The position numbers and the translations under genes were made by a program. A stretch of DNA of 64,000 nucleotides from Anthoceros angustus. Its lineage: Eukaryota; Plantae; Anthocerotophyta. Where the stretch lies: positions 248,001-312,000 of the forward strand of contig MU008149.1 of the NCBI GenBank assembly GCA_010909165.1, read 5' to 3'. Of this stretch, positions 14,267 to 24,758 are shown one piece after another; the first letter of the stretch is position 1; the number at the start of each line of letters is the position of its first letter. A model generated the notes under the pieces. The model was not told where the DNA came from, did not search any database, and saw nothing but the letters and a program-made list of their open reading frames with translations.

Positions 14267-14866
14267 CTATTTTTTAGAAGTCCCGAAGCCTCCGAATCCC
14301 ATCAAGGACGACATCTCCGCATTGATCTCATCCGCCGTCTCCTCCTCGGGGGCCTTGTCCTTCTTCTTCTCCTTCTTCTTCTCCCGCCGCTGCCGCTTGC
14401 GCTCCTCCTCCTCTTCCTGCTGCTTCAGCACTCTGGCCTCCAGCTCCTCGGCCGAGAACCCCGGCTGCTCCTTCTTCCTCTTCAGCTTGCCGAACCGCTC
14501 CTGCACCTGCTGCAACGTGGCTCTCTCCACGCGCATGGACATCCCCAGGGCTCTCTGGTGCTTCTTGCCATTGATGTGGTCCAGGTAATTGGCCGAGTCC
14601 TTGACAACGCACTCGCAAACGCTGCAGTAGTAGCCGGCCTGCTGGCTTAGAGGTGCAACCTGCGTCACCACCTGCGTCTTCCCCAACCGGGCTGTCAGAT
14701 CAACCTCATAGTCCCTGTGCTTCAGCGGCTTGCGCTGCACAGGCGGGCCTCTCGCCTTGGGCCTGTGCCTGTCCTCCTCCTCCCGATCCCTATCTCGAGC
14801 CCGATCGGTGTACTCATCTCGGTTCCACTTCCTCCGAAATGTGTTGTCTACGCCGCTGGCGGTCAT
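14267..14866 (-). CDS. ZMAT2: Zinc-finger matrin-type protein 2 (Snu23, spliceosome B complex), intronless, 199 aa
   Basis: MTASGVDNTFRRKWNRDEY...GYYCSVCECVVKDSANYLDHINGKKHQRALGMSMRVERA...MGFGGFGTSKK; the true ATG is at 14866 (the ORF track used an upstream alternative start). Confidence 0.95.
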   Translation of the reverse strand: MTASGVDNTFRRKWNRDEYTDRARDRDREEEDRHRPKARGPPVQRKPLKHRDYEVDLTARLGKTQVVTQVAPLSQQAGYYCSVCECVVKDSANYLDHINGKKHQRALGMSMRVERATLQQVQERFGKLKRKKEQPGFSAEELEARVLKQQEEEEERKRQRREKKKEKKKDKAPEEETADEINAEMSSLMGFGGFGTSKK

Positions 14867-15307
14867 AATACTTGCGCGAATGGTTCCTGCTTCCGAAGAT
14901 CGCACTCCTCCTCTAGCGCGGGAATCCTAGTCGCTCCCAGATGCTAGCCTGCTCCCCGCAAGCCCATGCATGATTTTACCACCTAAGCGCAAATATCTAT
15001 AACTAAATTGCGCAAAGCCCTTTGTGTGCCCCTAATTCCTCGGTTTTTTAGCCCTCTCACAGACAATCGGCTTGATCTATGTCCTCTTCGCTTCACTTCC
15101 CTTCGAATTGTGTCCTATGTTGTTGAGGATGATAAAAATGAAAAAGGCAACTTTTCTCGGTTGTTATGTGTTCAGAATGACAGCAATAACCGCACAATGG
15201 AAGAGTTGATGGACCTGGTTATATAGGTACATATTATTGTCTTATTTTTTGTTATAAATAATAAAAATTTGTATCTGATTTATTAGTTTATAAATGAAGA
15301 TCACCTA

Positions 15308-15600
15308 GGGGTATTCTCCTCTTTATTCCGCTTGCACTAGAAACGTATGGGGCAATGGCTGAGGAATTTGTCAAGTCCTGTGCCAAAGCGTACCATCAGA
15401 CACGGTACGGAACTATCCCTCTCGTACTTCACAGCATACCTCCGACAACGGGTTTCAATTGCCCTTCAACGGGCGCTCTCAACAGCAATCCTCCACAAGG
15501 CCGCGACAGTAGGTTACCCATCTTCCTCTACCTCCGTGGTTTGCATGCCGTTTATTCTTCCTGCATATGACATTGTGGGTGCAATAGGTGACTTTAGGTA
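15308..15600 (+). mobile_element. 3' remnant of a non-LTR retrotransposon with restriction-like endonuclease (CRE/R2/NeSL type)
   Basis: Frameshifted FIPLALETYGAMAEEFVKSCAKAY...YLRQRVSIALQRALSTAI, the C-terminal ETxG / QRxSIALQR motifs of REL endonucleases; similar to the copy at 23.8-24.4 kb. Confidence 0.65.
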
Positions 15601-15735
15601 GGGAGCTCAGTTACTCCTCTCCACCTCGACTTCTTGGTCCCCTTTAGTTGTCCCCTCCTGGATGGGCTCTTCCCGTCGCTTTTTCACCTCAATAAGAACT
15701 TTTCCTAGGGATATGCATACCATTACTAAGGAGCC

Positions 15736-15858
15736 ATGCATGTTAGTGAGAGGCTATATATGCTAGTGAGAGGCTATGCATGCTAATGAGAGGCTATGCA
15801 TGCGAATGAGAGGCTATTCATGCGAATGAGAGGCTATGCATGTGAATGAGAGGCTATG
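15736..15858. repeat. 20-bp tandem minisatellite, ~6 copies
   Basis: Unit ATGCATGC(T/G)AATGAGAGGCT read directly. Confidence 0.9.
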
Positions 15859-16215
15859 AAATCCTCCAGCCCGAGAATAATCACCATGCCCGAAGAGGAG
15901 CTGCAAAAATCTCATGCAGAAAATAGAAGCACTAGAGCGGGACGCCATGGGAAAAAACTCGTCGACGAGAGAAGAACTAGGATGGTCACTCTTCACATCT
16001 CGCTCATCCTAATATATTATGTGGGGGCTAAGGTTGAGTCTTCAATCCCTAGATAAGTAGGAGGGTGAACAAAGTGTGGAGAACAACAATTCTGGTTTTT
16101 TTCTCCTACGAGCTTTCTTTTTCTCTTGGCATCCGACTGTAGTGCTTCCATTCTCCGCATTAGATTTGGCAACTCCTCTTCTAGCATGGTGATCATTCTC
16201 GGGCTGGAGGATTCC
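15858..16215. repeat. Imperfect inverted repeat, arms ~150 bp, short spacer
   Basis: The left arm AATCCTCCAGCCCGAGAATAATCACCATG... matches the reverse complement of 16060-16214; the two opposite-strand ORFs both read SSSPR(I/M)ITM(P/L)EEEL. Confidence 0.8.
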
Positions 16216-16574
16216 ACCTCCATCGTTCTCATTAACATCAGTATGTTATTCAAATAGATTATTACATACTTGTCCATCAACTCTACAAATACAAGTTGTC
16301 AGCTTGTTCAAAAAGTATGTGTACAAGTACCATGATTTGCCCAAGTAGGTTGTGAGTAATAGGGATCCAAGATTCACAAGAGAATTCTAATAACATTTGA
16401 TGAGAAGTTTGAGCATACAACTATGTATAAGCACAACATATCATTGGGATACATATGGCTGAATTAAAAGAGTCATCGAATCTAAGAAGAGTACTTTTAA
16501 CATTATCTGCAGATTTATCAAAGAGATTGGATTGAACATCTGGATGATGCAGAGATTTGTTAGCTAGTTCTAAT

Positions 16575-16700
16575 GGGTCCATTCCCTAACACTAAGGCTA
16601 GCCCTAAAGGGTTCATTTCCTAGCATTGAGCCTAGCTCCAAAGGGTTCATTCCCTAGCACCGAGCCTAGCCCTAAAGCTAGGTTTATTCCCTAACACTTA
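16575..16700. repeat. 34-bp tandem repeat, ~3.5 degenerate copies
   Basis: Unit approximately GGGTTCATTCCCTAGCACCGAGCCTAGCCCTAAA. Confidence 0.75.
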
Positions 16701-17854
16701 TGCCATAGTCTTCTTGACGAGGATTGGAGTGCCTAGAGTGTGTGTGTGTCTAGAGAAGAGCTTTGACAAGGGGATTGGGGGGAGAGAACTAAGTATTCAG
16801 GCGAAGATGGTCAGCTCACCTTGATCTCTCTTGTACTCTTGTTGAACTCTTGCTATAGTAAAGAGCAATGGCAGAGAGACGTTGTCTACAACCTTAAGTT
16901 GTCCTTGGGAGGATGTCGGGCTATTTGGGCCTAGTTTTGGTGTCTTGATGTGTGTTGTTGCTTTTAACCGCATGTCTAATTGCATCGTGAGAAAAAGGGT
17001 GTTACTCCATCTCAATATTCATCCAATCTAGAGATTCAGAGAACCATTAACTCGAGCTTTCGTAAGAACTTATAGCCACTTAGGGCTGCTTTCCATGGAG
17101 CCCATAAAATACATGCTTAGCTCGCAACTTGTAAAACCCTCATAGCGTGTTTTGGCTTTCCATGGGTAGTCGATTTCAACAAGTTTCCGTGACAGACGGA
17201 AATATGACCGGCAGCGTTTAGGAGCCCACCGATGTGAACAAAAGGCCCGTCGCGAACAAAACCCCATGTTTGTAATAGTGGCTTGCTAGCGGCGCTGAAA
17301 ATGATCTTGTAGGTTGGGACATAAACAAGAAGCTAGCACGTTGTTAATTCCTTACATCTACAATAGCCAATAACATTGCTTGCTGCCCTGAATTTCTGGA
17401 ATTCTTGAGAAGGCACTATTGCCAAGGTTTCAACTATGATGTTTCTTTTGGCTGGTGCAACAATTTTAGTATTGTCATGGAACAAACGTATGATAGAAGA
17501 CTTTTACATCAAGGATAGATGCTTGGCATGGTGAACTCTTTTAAAGAAGCTATTTGGCATGAAGATCTTGAACGATTATGCAAGTTTCCCCGGATAACTC
17601 CCACAACTTCACCTACATTTCCAACTTGGTGGCTGAAGATCTCACGAGAAAAACTCCCGGCCCTCACCTCGTAGGCAGATTCCAAACAGACAGCTAGTGG
17701 TTAGCTCAAATACCAGCTTCGAAGCATGAGAAACCGTTAACAAATATGAACTTGAACCAGACTTGTGGCTAACAAAGTGCTTGGTGGCAAGGTGCTCGTA
17801 TCTCCCAATTGTTTAGAATCAAGTGCAATGGCTTGGGAGTGTGTGTACCACACC

Positions 17855-18150
17855 TTAATTGCTTAGAAAAGGCTTTGATCGAAAGCAAATGGCAATTTCT
17901 GAGCCTTCTTTTCCTCAGCAGACAACTGCCAATATGTATCTTGGCCGCTCAATGGACGCCAAGAGTTGTCATTGATTTTTTTCTAGTATTGAGAAAGACT
18001 ATCCTACTTGCTTTTTGGTTGATTGGGGGTGCACACTACGCCATTCGCTTTGCAATAATTAACCACCTCCTCCCGCCGTTCCGTGGCCTTCATGTTTTTC
18101 CTTCTTGTTGCCTCCGAGCATTCCAAATTCATGGTCTATTCTTTTGACCA
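17855..18150 (-). pseudogene. Trihelix (Myb/SANT-like, ASR3/SH4-type) DNA-binding domain pseudogene
   Basis: Manual translation WSKE*TMNL...EEVVNYCKANGVVCTPNQPKSK*DSLSQY*KKIND...DTYWQLSAEEKKAQKLPFAFDQSLF*AI matches the trihelix W...W...KW...YW...LP..FD pattern, with 4 in-frame stops. Confidence 0.75.
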
Positions 18151-18779
18151 TCAGTCCCTAATCTCCGTACCCAGCCAGATTGCAAGCAAGTCCAGAAAGT
18201 GGCAGCGCCGAGCCTTGCCCCCCGCGCTGCTCGATTCTGATTGTTTCTGTTGTGATGAGGTGCCAGGATAAGAGTTGGCCATCCATGTCCATGTCTCAGT
18301 TTGGACAGCAGTGGAATTAAGCAAGCCCGTTCACCCCGAAAGCAAAAGTCTCTTAGCCGCCGCTAGCGTACATACACACTTAAGTACCGGCTACTTCCTC
18401 ATTATTCTCACGGTCGACCCTTACAACTGCAACAACCAGCGAGAAACGATGCACACGATACCCACCCCATACAACGTCACTCTGTTTAAGCCATGACATT
18501 ATTGGCAGTCACTGCACATGCGTAGACTCTACGTTACCACCAGAGGTTTCTCACTCGGAGTGTTCAAGAAACCAAACGCCGCAGCATGCCCTCAAAGTGC
18601 ATCCTCCTTTTCCTTCTCACACACTTGCTTCAGCACCAACTTTGTCTGAGGCACGTGGCCTCCTTCCTGCTTTAGACGGGTATTCGTGTCCACTCCACCA
18701 TACCTTAAGCGCAATATCCTCTCTCATGTCTCCCACGAGGAATTTATGTACCTACTTATTCACCTCAACGGTTGCCACT

Positions 18780-20355
18780 GCAGGTTTCTAGTTAGCTCCT
18801 GCTACCATTCTCTGTGCTTTGATCCTGTCTGCATCGCTCCACCTACCTGTATCTGAGTAGGCATTTGTCATTAGCACATACGCAGACGCTCTTTGAGGGT
18901 CCAGCCTAACAATTCTTTCAACCCACCATCGCCCTGTCTATACCCCGGTGACTCTCGCAGGCATTCAATACAGAACCACAAGATTACTTTGACCCTCACA
19001 TGATAATAGCATCGTCTTTGCCCCGTCTAAATGGCCAGCACGCCCAAGAAGATCAATCATGCAGGTATAATGCTCAAACCTGGCGTGAATCTTCCAGATC
19101 ACCACATTTGGTATACTTGTCCACCAGGAAGGAGCCCACCACTGCGTCATCCACCAGTCCTTTTTCAGCAATCTGTATAGTGCAGCTGCCTGCCCTTCTG
19201 TAAGGCACCAGCACTTGCACAGGCCTTTGGATGGCAAGCAAAAGTAACATGGTTAGCTATAAGCAGACCCTCCTGCTCCATTTGTCCACAAGCGCCTCAT
19301 GTCCGAACCCTTGCTGGGCATACCCAGCTATCAGAGCAGGGCATGTCACCACATCTTTTGTGTTCATGCTGTCAAAACCCTGGCATGTGTCTTCCAATTT
19401 GCATATATGTCCACCAGGCAGGTGCCCACCACTACGTCATCCAGCAGCCCTCTTTCGACAATCTGTGAGTGCAGCCGCCTTCCCTTCTGCAAGGCACCAG
19501 TGCTCGCACAGGCCTTCCAGAAGGCAAGCAGAAATAACATGGTCAGCCAAACTGAGGCCCGCCTCCTATGTTTGGCCATACACAACACACGCCTCTTGCC
19601 CAAGTCCTTGCTGTGCATACCCAGCGATCAGGGCATTCTATGACACCACATCCTTTTTGGCCATGCTTTCAAAAACCTGGCGTGCATCTTTCAGTTCCCC
19701 ACATTTTGCATACATGCCCACCAGGCAGTTGCCAACAAACAAGTTAGTAGGAGTGCCCCTGTGCAACACATCACAGTGCACTTTTCTGCCAGATTCCAAG
19801 TCTGCGGCAAGCGCGCAAGCCTGAAGGGCAGCGAAAAAGACGCGACTATTCACCTTCACTCCTGACCTACGCAACGCATCTCATGATAGAGTTGTATGGC
19901 CTCCTTAGGTTTCCTGTGCTTATCATGTGCAGAGATTATGGAAAACCATATGAAGACATTTGGTTTGCCCACCCTGGTGAACAAATCCATGGCCTCCTGC
20001 AGCCTGCCTCCACCTGCATATATGCGCAAGATATGCAGGTATGCACTCGACTCGCACCTAAGTTTGGCAGTGAGATCATGAACTCGTCGCCCCACAACCA
20101 AATCCTTCTTAGCTGACACAGTTTCAGCACAGTGTAAACCAGAAACTGAGAAACAGCAGAGTCTGTCTGCGCCAGAGATTCCAGGGCTCCAACGGCCTCG
20201 GAAAGGTTCTCCTGCTGACATAACTTGCTCACGGTTCCAGCCGTTACGACGCCCATTTCCGATCCTGCACGCCTGCCGGGTTCAGGCTTATCCGGAGAGC
20301 TGGAGTCGGAAGCAGAGGCACCGTGGCACCGGCACCAGGATATCTGCATATCCAA
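18780..20355 (-). pseudogene. PLS-class pentatricopeptide repeat (E-type) pseudogene
   Basis: [67 protein letters not shown], E domain ASAYVLMTNAYSDTGRW; several frameshifts and premature stops. Confidence 0.9.
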
Positions 20356-21537
20356 GGAAACGAGGCTGGCTTAAACATGTTGTCTAACCACAGCACCTTC
20401 TCAGATGCCTTACGCCGGAAGTCAGGCGAACGGGAGCTTTGCTTACCTGGTCTGTAGTCTCACCACATGGAAGGGTCCAGAAACAATTGCTGCCACAAGT
20501 ACTCCTGATCCTGGCAACGACCATCGCTGGAAACCCGTCCCACCCTTACAATTTCTCGGAAGTGGAAGTGCTGGGACCCTTACACTGCTGCAGCTGGAGG
20601 CTTTGTTTGCCATCGTATGAGGTGAGCGGGAGCTCCTGGTAGAACACACACCAAGTTGTTGGGTCCACAAGCGGTCCGGTTGCCATACTGTGGCCATAGT
20701 TCAGGGACCGCTGTCGGAAGATGGGCCTAACAACAGACTACGGCAAAATGCCCAGGTACTGTGTTACGTCCACACCAAACGGACGTGGAGAGTACTTTGG
20801 AGGTGCATCATAGGCACATCCACCTGGCTCATACGTGCATGTTGCTCAATTTTTGATCCATCTGGCACCATGGTTTCTTTATGTGTTCGCTAATTTCGAT
20901 TGTTGTGTGTGATGTAGGTTTCTCCCCTATTTTGGAGCGAAGATGGTAGCAAGTTGGGTGCTTGTCAAATACCGTTGGAGCTCTACAAGTTGCCTTGCCT
21001 TGGGAAAAGAAATAGGATAGCTATTATTCAAAGTCTTGGAGATATGGAAGCTTTGGCTGCGGAGCAGGCCCTCCTTTGAAATTTATGATGTACTTGATAA
21101 ATGTGCTGACTCTCATTATATGTATGCATCTATGTCCTAACCCTTGTCCTACTTAGGAGTGCATCTTATTGGCCACTGTTGCGGTACGTAGGACAGCCAT
21201 ATGAGTTGACACTATTTTCCCACCAACGGCAGGACTTACTACAACACCTCCATAGGATTTGGTCCCCATTGACAAACTTACGTCGTGTCAGGAAATCGGC
21301 CGAAGGTGGTGTCTACACTTTCTACAAAATCATGTGTCCCTGGGTCTGTGCTGCTAGAAGTGAATGAGTCAGGTCGTAGCTAGACACACAATCTTATTGT
21401 CAGTGTTACTACATTATCGGCACAAACCAGCACCTAAAATGAACCTGCTTTGCTACCCGATAGGTCCAATTACTGAGTTGATTGCGAAATATCTTTTGAG
21501 GCAAGAAAGTGAGCAGAATAATAGTAGCAAATGGCAG

Positions 21538-21822
21538 CTTGGACAATGGGATTGGACACTTTGCTATGCCACTTGCTTGGACAAGGGGATTGGACACTTT
21601 GCTATGCCACTTGCTTGGACAAGGATTGGACACTTTGCTATGCCATTTGCTTGGACAATGGATTGGACACTTTGCTATGCCATTTGCTTGGACAATGGGA
21701 TTGGACACTTTGCTATGCCATTTGCTTGGACAATGGGATTGGACACTTTGCTATGCCATTTGCTTGGACAATGGGATTGGACACTTTGCTATGCCATTTG
21801 CTTGGACAATGGATTGGACACT
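21538..21822. repeat. 36-38-bp tandem minisatellite, ~7.5 copies
   Basis: Unit GGATTGGACACTTTGCTATGCCATTTGCTTGGACAATG, head to tail with no spacers. Confidence 0.95.
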
Positions 21823-22359
21823 TGCATACCTCCCCTCAGTGTGTTAATCCGCCTCCAATTTTGCTTTCGACATGATTCGATCCAACGATTGTGCTTTTGG
21901 AAGTGCACCAAGGTAGAGAATAGAAGGAGGTCGGCGTATGCAAGACTTTGAAGAAGTTAGTCGCGAGTGCGAATTGACTCCTTCAAAGGTCTAAATGGCC
22001 TACCTAAATATTTTGCGTTCCACTGGGATGTCCTCTCCGTAGCTTTCTTTATTCGAGCCTCCCTAGATCTATTTTTCTCATGATAGGGGTAGAGATGCGG
22101 CACACTATCGATTCTCATGCCCAACGATTAGCTCTGATGAGATTCTACAAGTCACGATCGGTGGAGTAATTGCAGAAGTTAGACGTCCTTTTGCCTCCAC
22201 GTCCCTTCTAGATTGTGAACCTCGTCTCGGCATCTTCATGGAAGTATCGAGCAAGAAAACACGGGCTTTAATACTATGTTCGGGTTTTCGGGAAAGTAAA
22301 TTCATGCAGAAAATATACTCCACTATAAAAAATAATAAATTGAATATCTCGCTTTCAAA

Positions 22360-22406
22360 AATATCTTACATACTTAATATCTTACATACTTAATATCTTA
22401 CATACT
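22360..22406. repeat. 16-bp tandem repeat x3
   Basis: AATATCTTACATACTT repeated three times. Confidence 0.85.
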
Positions 22407-22929
22407 CAGTTCACTTATAAAACTCTAATGGCCTATGTCACAATATGCGATTACACATCGTACTCTAGACATCTCTAGAGATATATACGATATTGCCTTA
22501 TAAATCTCAATCACCAAAAGGATCTCTCGTCATCGCCATCATTCAAGGTTGGCGACCTTCGCGACTCCACTTGCAGATTCCGCTACACCAAGGGAGATTA
22601 ATTTGGGAGACTTGGAGTGCCACATCTTTCTCGGAGCACTGCAAGACGTGCTACCAAGTAGGCGCTCTGCAAGCATATCTAAAGGGAGGCTGTGATTCCT
22701 TACTTTTGGATTCGCCCATGGCGCGCTCGTCAAGGCCCATTTGTCTCATCTATTGTAGCAAACAAGTAACCGTAAGTCCTTAATTAAGGGAAAGGGCACT
22801 GCTTGAAACATTATCTAACCCATATGTCATTTTTGTTAGAAATGATTTATTACAACATATCAAAATATGTTATGAATAATGCCCTAAAATAGGTTATAAA
22901 GAGTGCCATAAAATCAAGAATAGAGTAGA

Positions 22930-23579
22930 CGTTATTAACAGACGAGATGGGAAATCCCATCTACCCCTAAAGTCCGAGGAGGAACAATCCAAAAAGGGCT
23001 AATGGTAAAAGGGGAAGTTGTGGCACGAGGTAAGCACTTGAATTCATATAAGCACTTCCTCAACAAACAACCAAGCAAAACAAATCTAATACGCAGATGT
23101 AGGTGCAAACTAATAAGAATAGGAGGGAGTACCTTGCGCATCATGGCACAAACACACTCTCCCCATGAGAACAACATGTAAATTCCTCACACATCGCTCT
23201 CTGAGTCATAGCTTTGGCCTCTTCACAACACTCTTGCATTGCATATCCAGAGATCAAGCGATGATCTGAGCTTGTCCTCTGTGAAAGGGTCTATATATAC
23301 TAGCCCTTAGCATCGGCATATTTCTAAGGTATCCTATTGGCATCAGCATATGCCGGAAATATCTTAAGAATACATTATAATATGCAAAGAATTTGTTGAA
23401 GCATATTACTGAAGCTTATCCACTTAACTATTGCTAACCATGTTTAATTAACACTAATAAATACTTAATTAACATAAGCACGTTAGATTAATTAACATTA
23501 ATTACTTACTTAAAGATATGTGATTAGATTAATTAATGCTAATCAAACACTAAACCCAAGTGCATAAATTAGTGTCACA
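22930..23579. mobile_element. Possible solo-LTR-like sequence
   Basis: Ends ...GTGTCACA, has an internal TATATATA box and typical LTR composition; no TSD, PBS or partner LTR found. Confidence 0.3.
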
Positions 23580-23799
23580 CGGCATGACAAAGTCCTAGTC
23601 CCCTCGAGTGCCTTTCCCATAACTACCTACTGCACCAATGATATCATGATCAGGGATGATGAAGGGCCTACACCGGTGCTGAAGAAGCCGCTAGTCCGAC
23701 GCACGAAGCCGTTCTATAAACAGCATTAGCCGCGAGCTATGGAAACTGTTATGAAAGAAAGCCATCACGAGGAAAGGGAGGCCCTTCAATTCACATGGG

Positions 23800-24420
23800 T
23801 CGTGATAGGCTTTTGCACACTCCTTGATTAACCGAGAGAAGTCCTTGCCCATAACCCCATGAGTCTCGAGGGCGAGGGGGTTGAAAACATGGCCGTCTTG
23901 CATGAGAGAGTATTTGTGAGTCTTGCTGGTTGCACATCATTTCGCTGCCCAGCCCGAGAGGTTGATGATGACGTGCTCGCATATAGAGTCCCTCGTGGGA
24001 TCCGTGACAACCACATTAGCGATGTAAATTTGCTCTCCCGTGGTATAAAAAAGGTCCGCCCTGAGTGACACGCCATTATGCAATGTATATCGGCACTCCC
24101 TGTGCGGAAAAAATCCGCTCTCCTTAGTTATCGAAAACATGACGTCGCAAACGGCGTCATGCGTAGCAATACTTTGCCTCCCATGGGACAACGCGCCAAA
24201 TGGGACTCGAAGTCGTAGATGGCAGCTCCACAACTGCACGAGGAAAGAGAAGAGGCCAAAGGATGAGCCAAACCGAGGCAGACCCTCATCGCTGTCGAAA
24301 AGGACGCTGGTGCGATTCGGAACGCCAAAATGCAAGGCCCAGCCAGAAGTCAGGAGCTTGCCCCCTTCCCCAAACAGGAACCCAGGCGTGCCTGCGAAGA
24401 CCTAGGAATGGAGGAGTCCA
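23800..24420 (-). mobile_element. Non-LTR retrotransposon fragment: zinc knuckle plus restriction-like endonuclease
   Basis: CSCG...HLARCPMGG..THDAVCDV...RADLFY...VVVTDPT...FNPLALETHGVMGKDFSRLIKECAKAY, the CCHC + RHD + PD-(D/E)xK architecture of CRE/R2-like elements; frameshifted. Confidence 0.8.
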
Positions 24421-24440
24421 GAAGGAGGACCCTTTGCGCC

Positions 24441-24758
24441 TGTAAATATTGCTTCTCATGGAATAGGTTATGAAGAGTACCCTAAAAAGAACAAAGTTGT
24501 ATACTTTCTAGAAAACCACCTTTCTAGAAACTCATGTATCTTCTAGAGAATATCTTATAGAAAGCCCAAAAGTAAAAGGCAAGTCAAGTGACCAATATAA
24601 TTTAAGGCTGAGGACTATATAAGGCCAAGCGCACCTAGGTGTGTGCAAGTGTGCTTGTGTACAAGTGCGCTAGTACCTAGTATGCCTAGTGTATATAACC
24701 TATATTATATGGGAGTATTGTGTTGCCTCTCAATAAAGGCTAAGCTCTTTTCCTAACA
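24441..24758 (+). mobile_element. Solo-LTR-like sequence (~318 bp)
   Basis: TGTAA...TAACA termini, TATATAA box and AATAAA near the 3' end; the flanks GCGCC/GTTTC give no TSD. Confidence 0.45.

Noticed and set aside
21538-21822. CRISPR-like array
   Set aside because: Units are contiguous with no unique spacers, there are no cas genes, and the context is eukaryotic.
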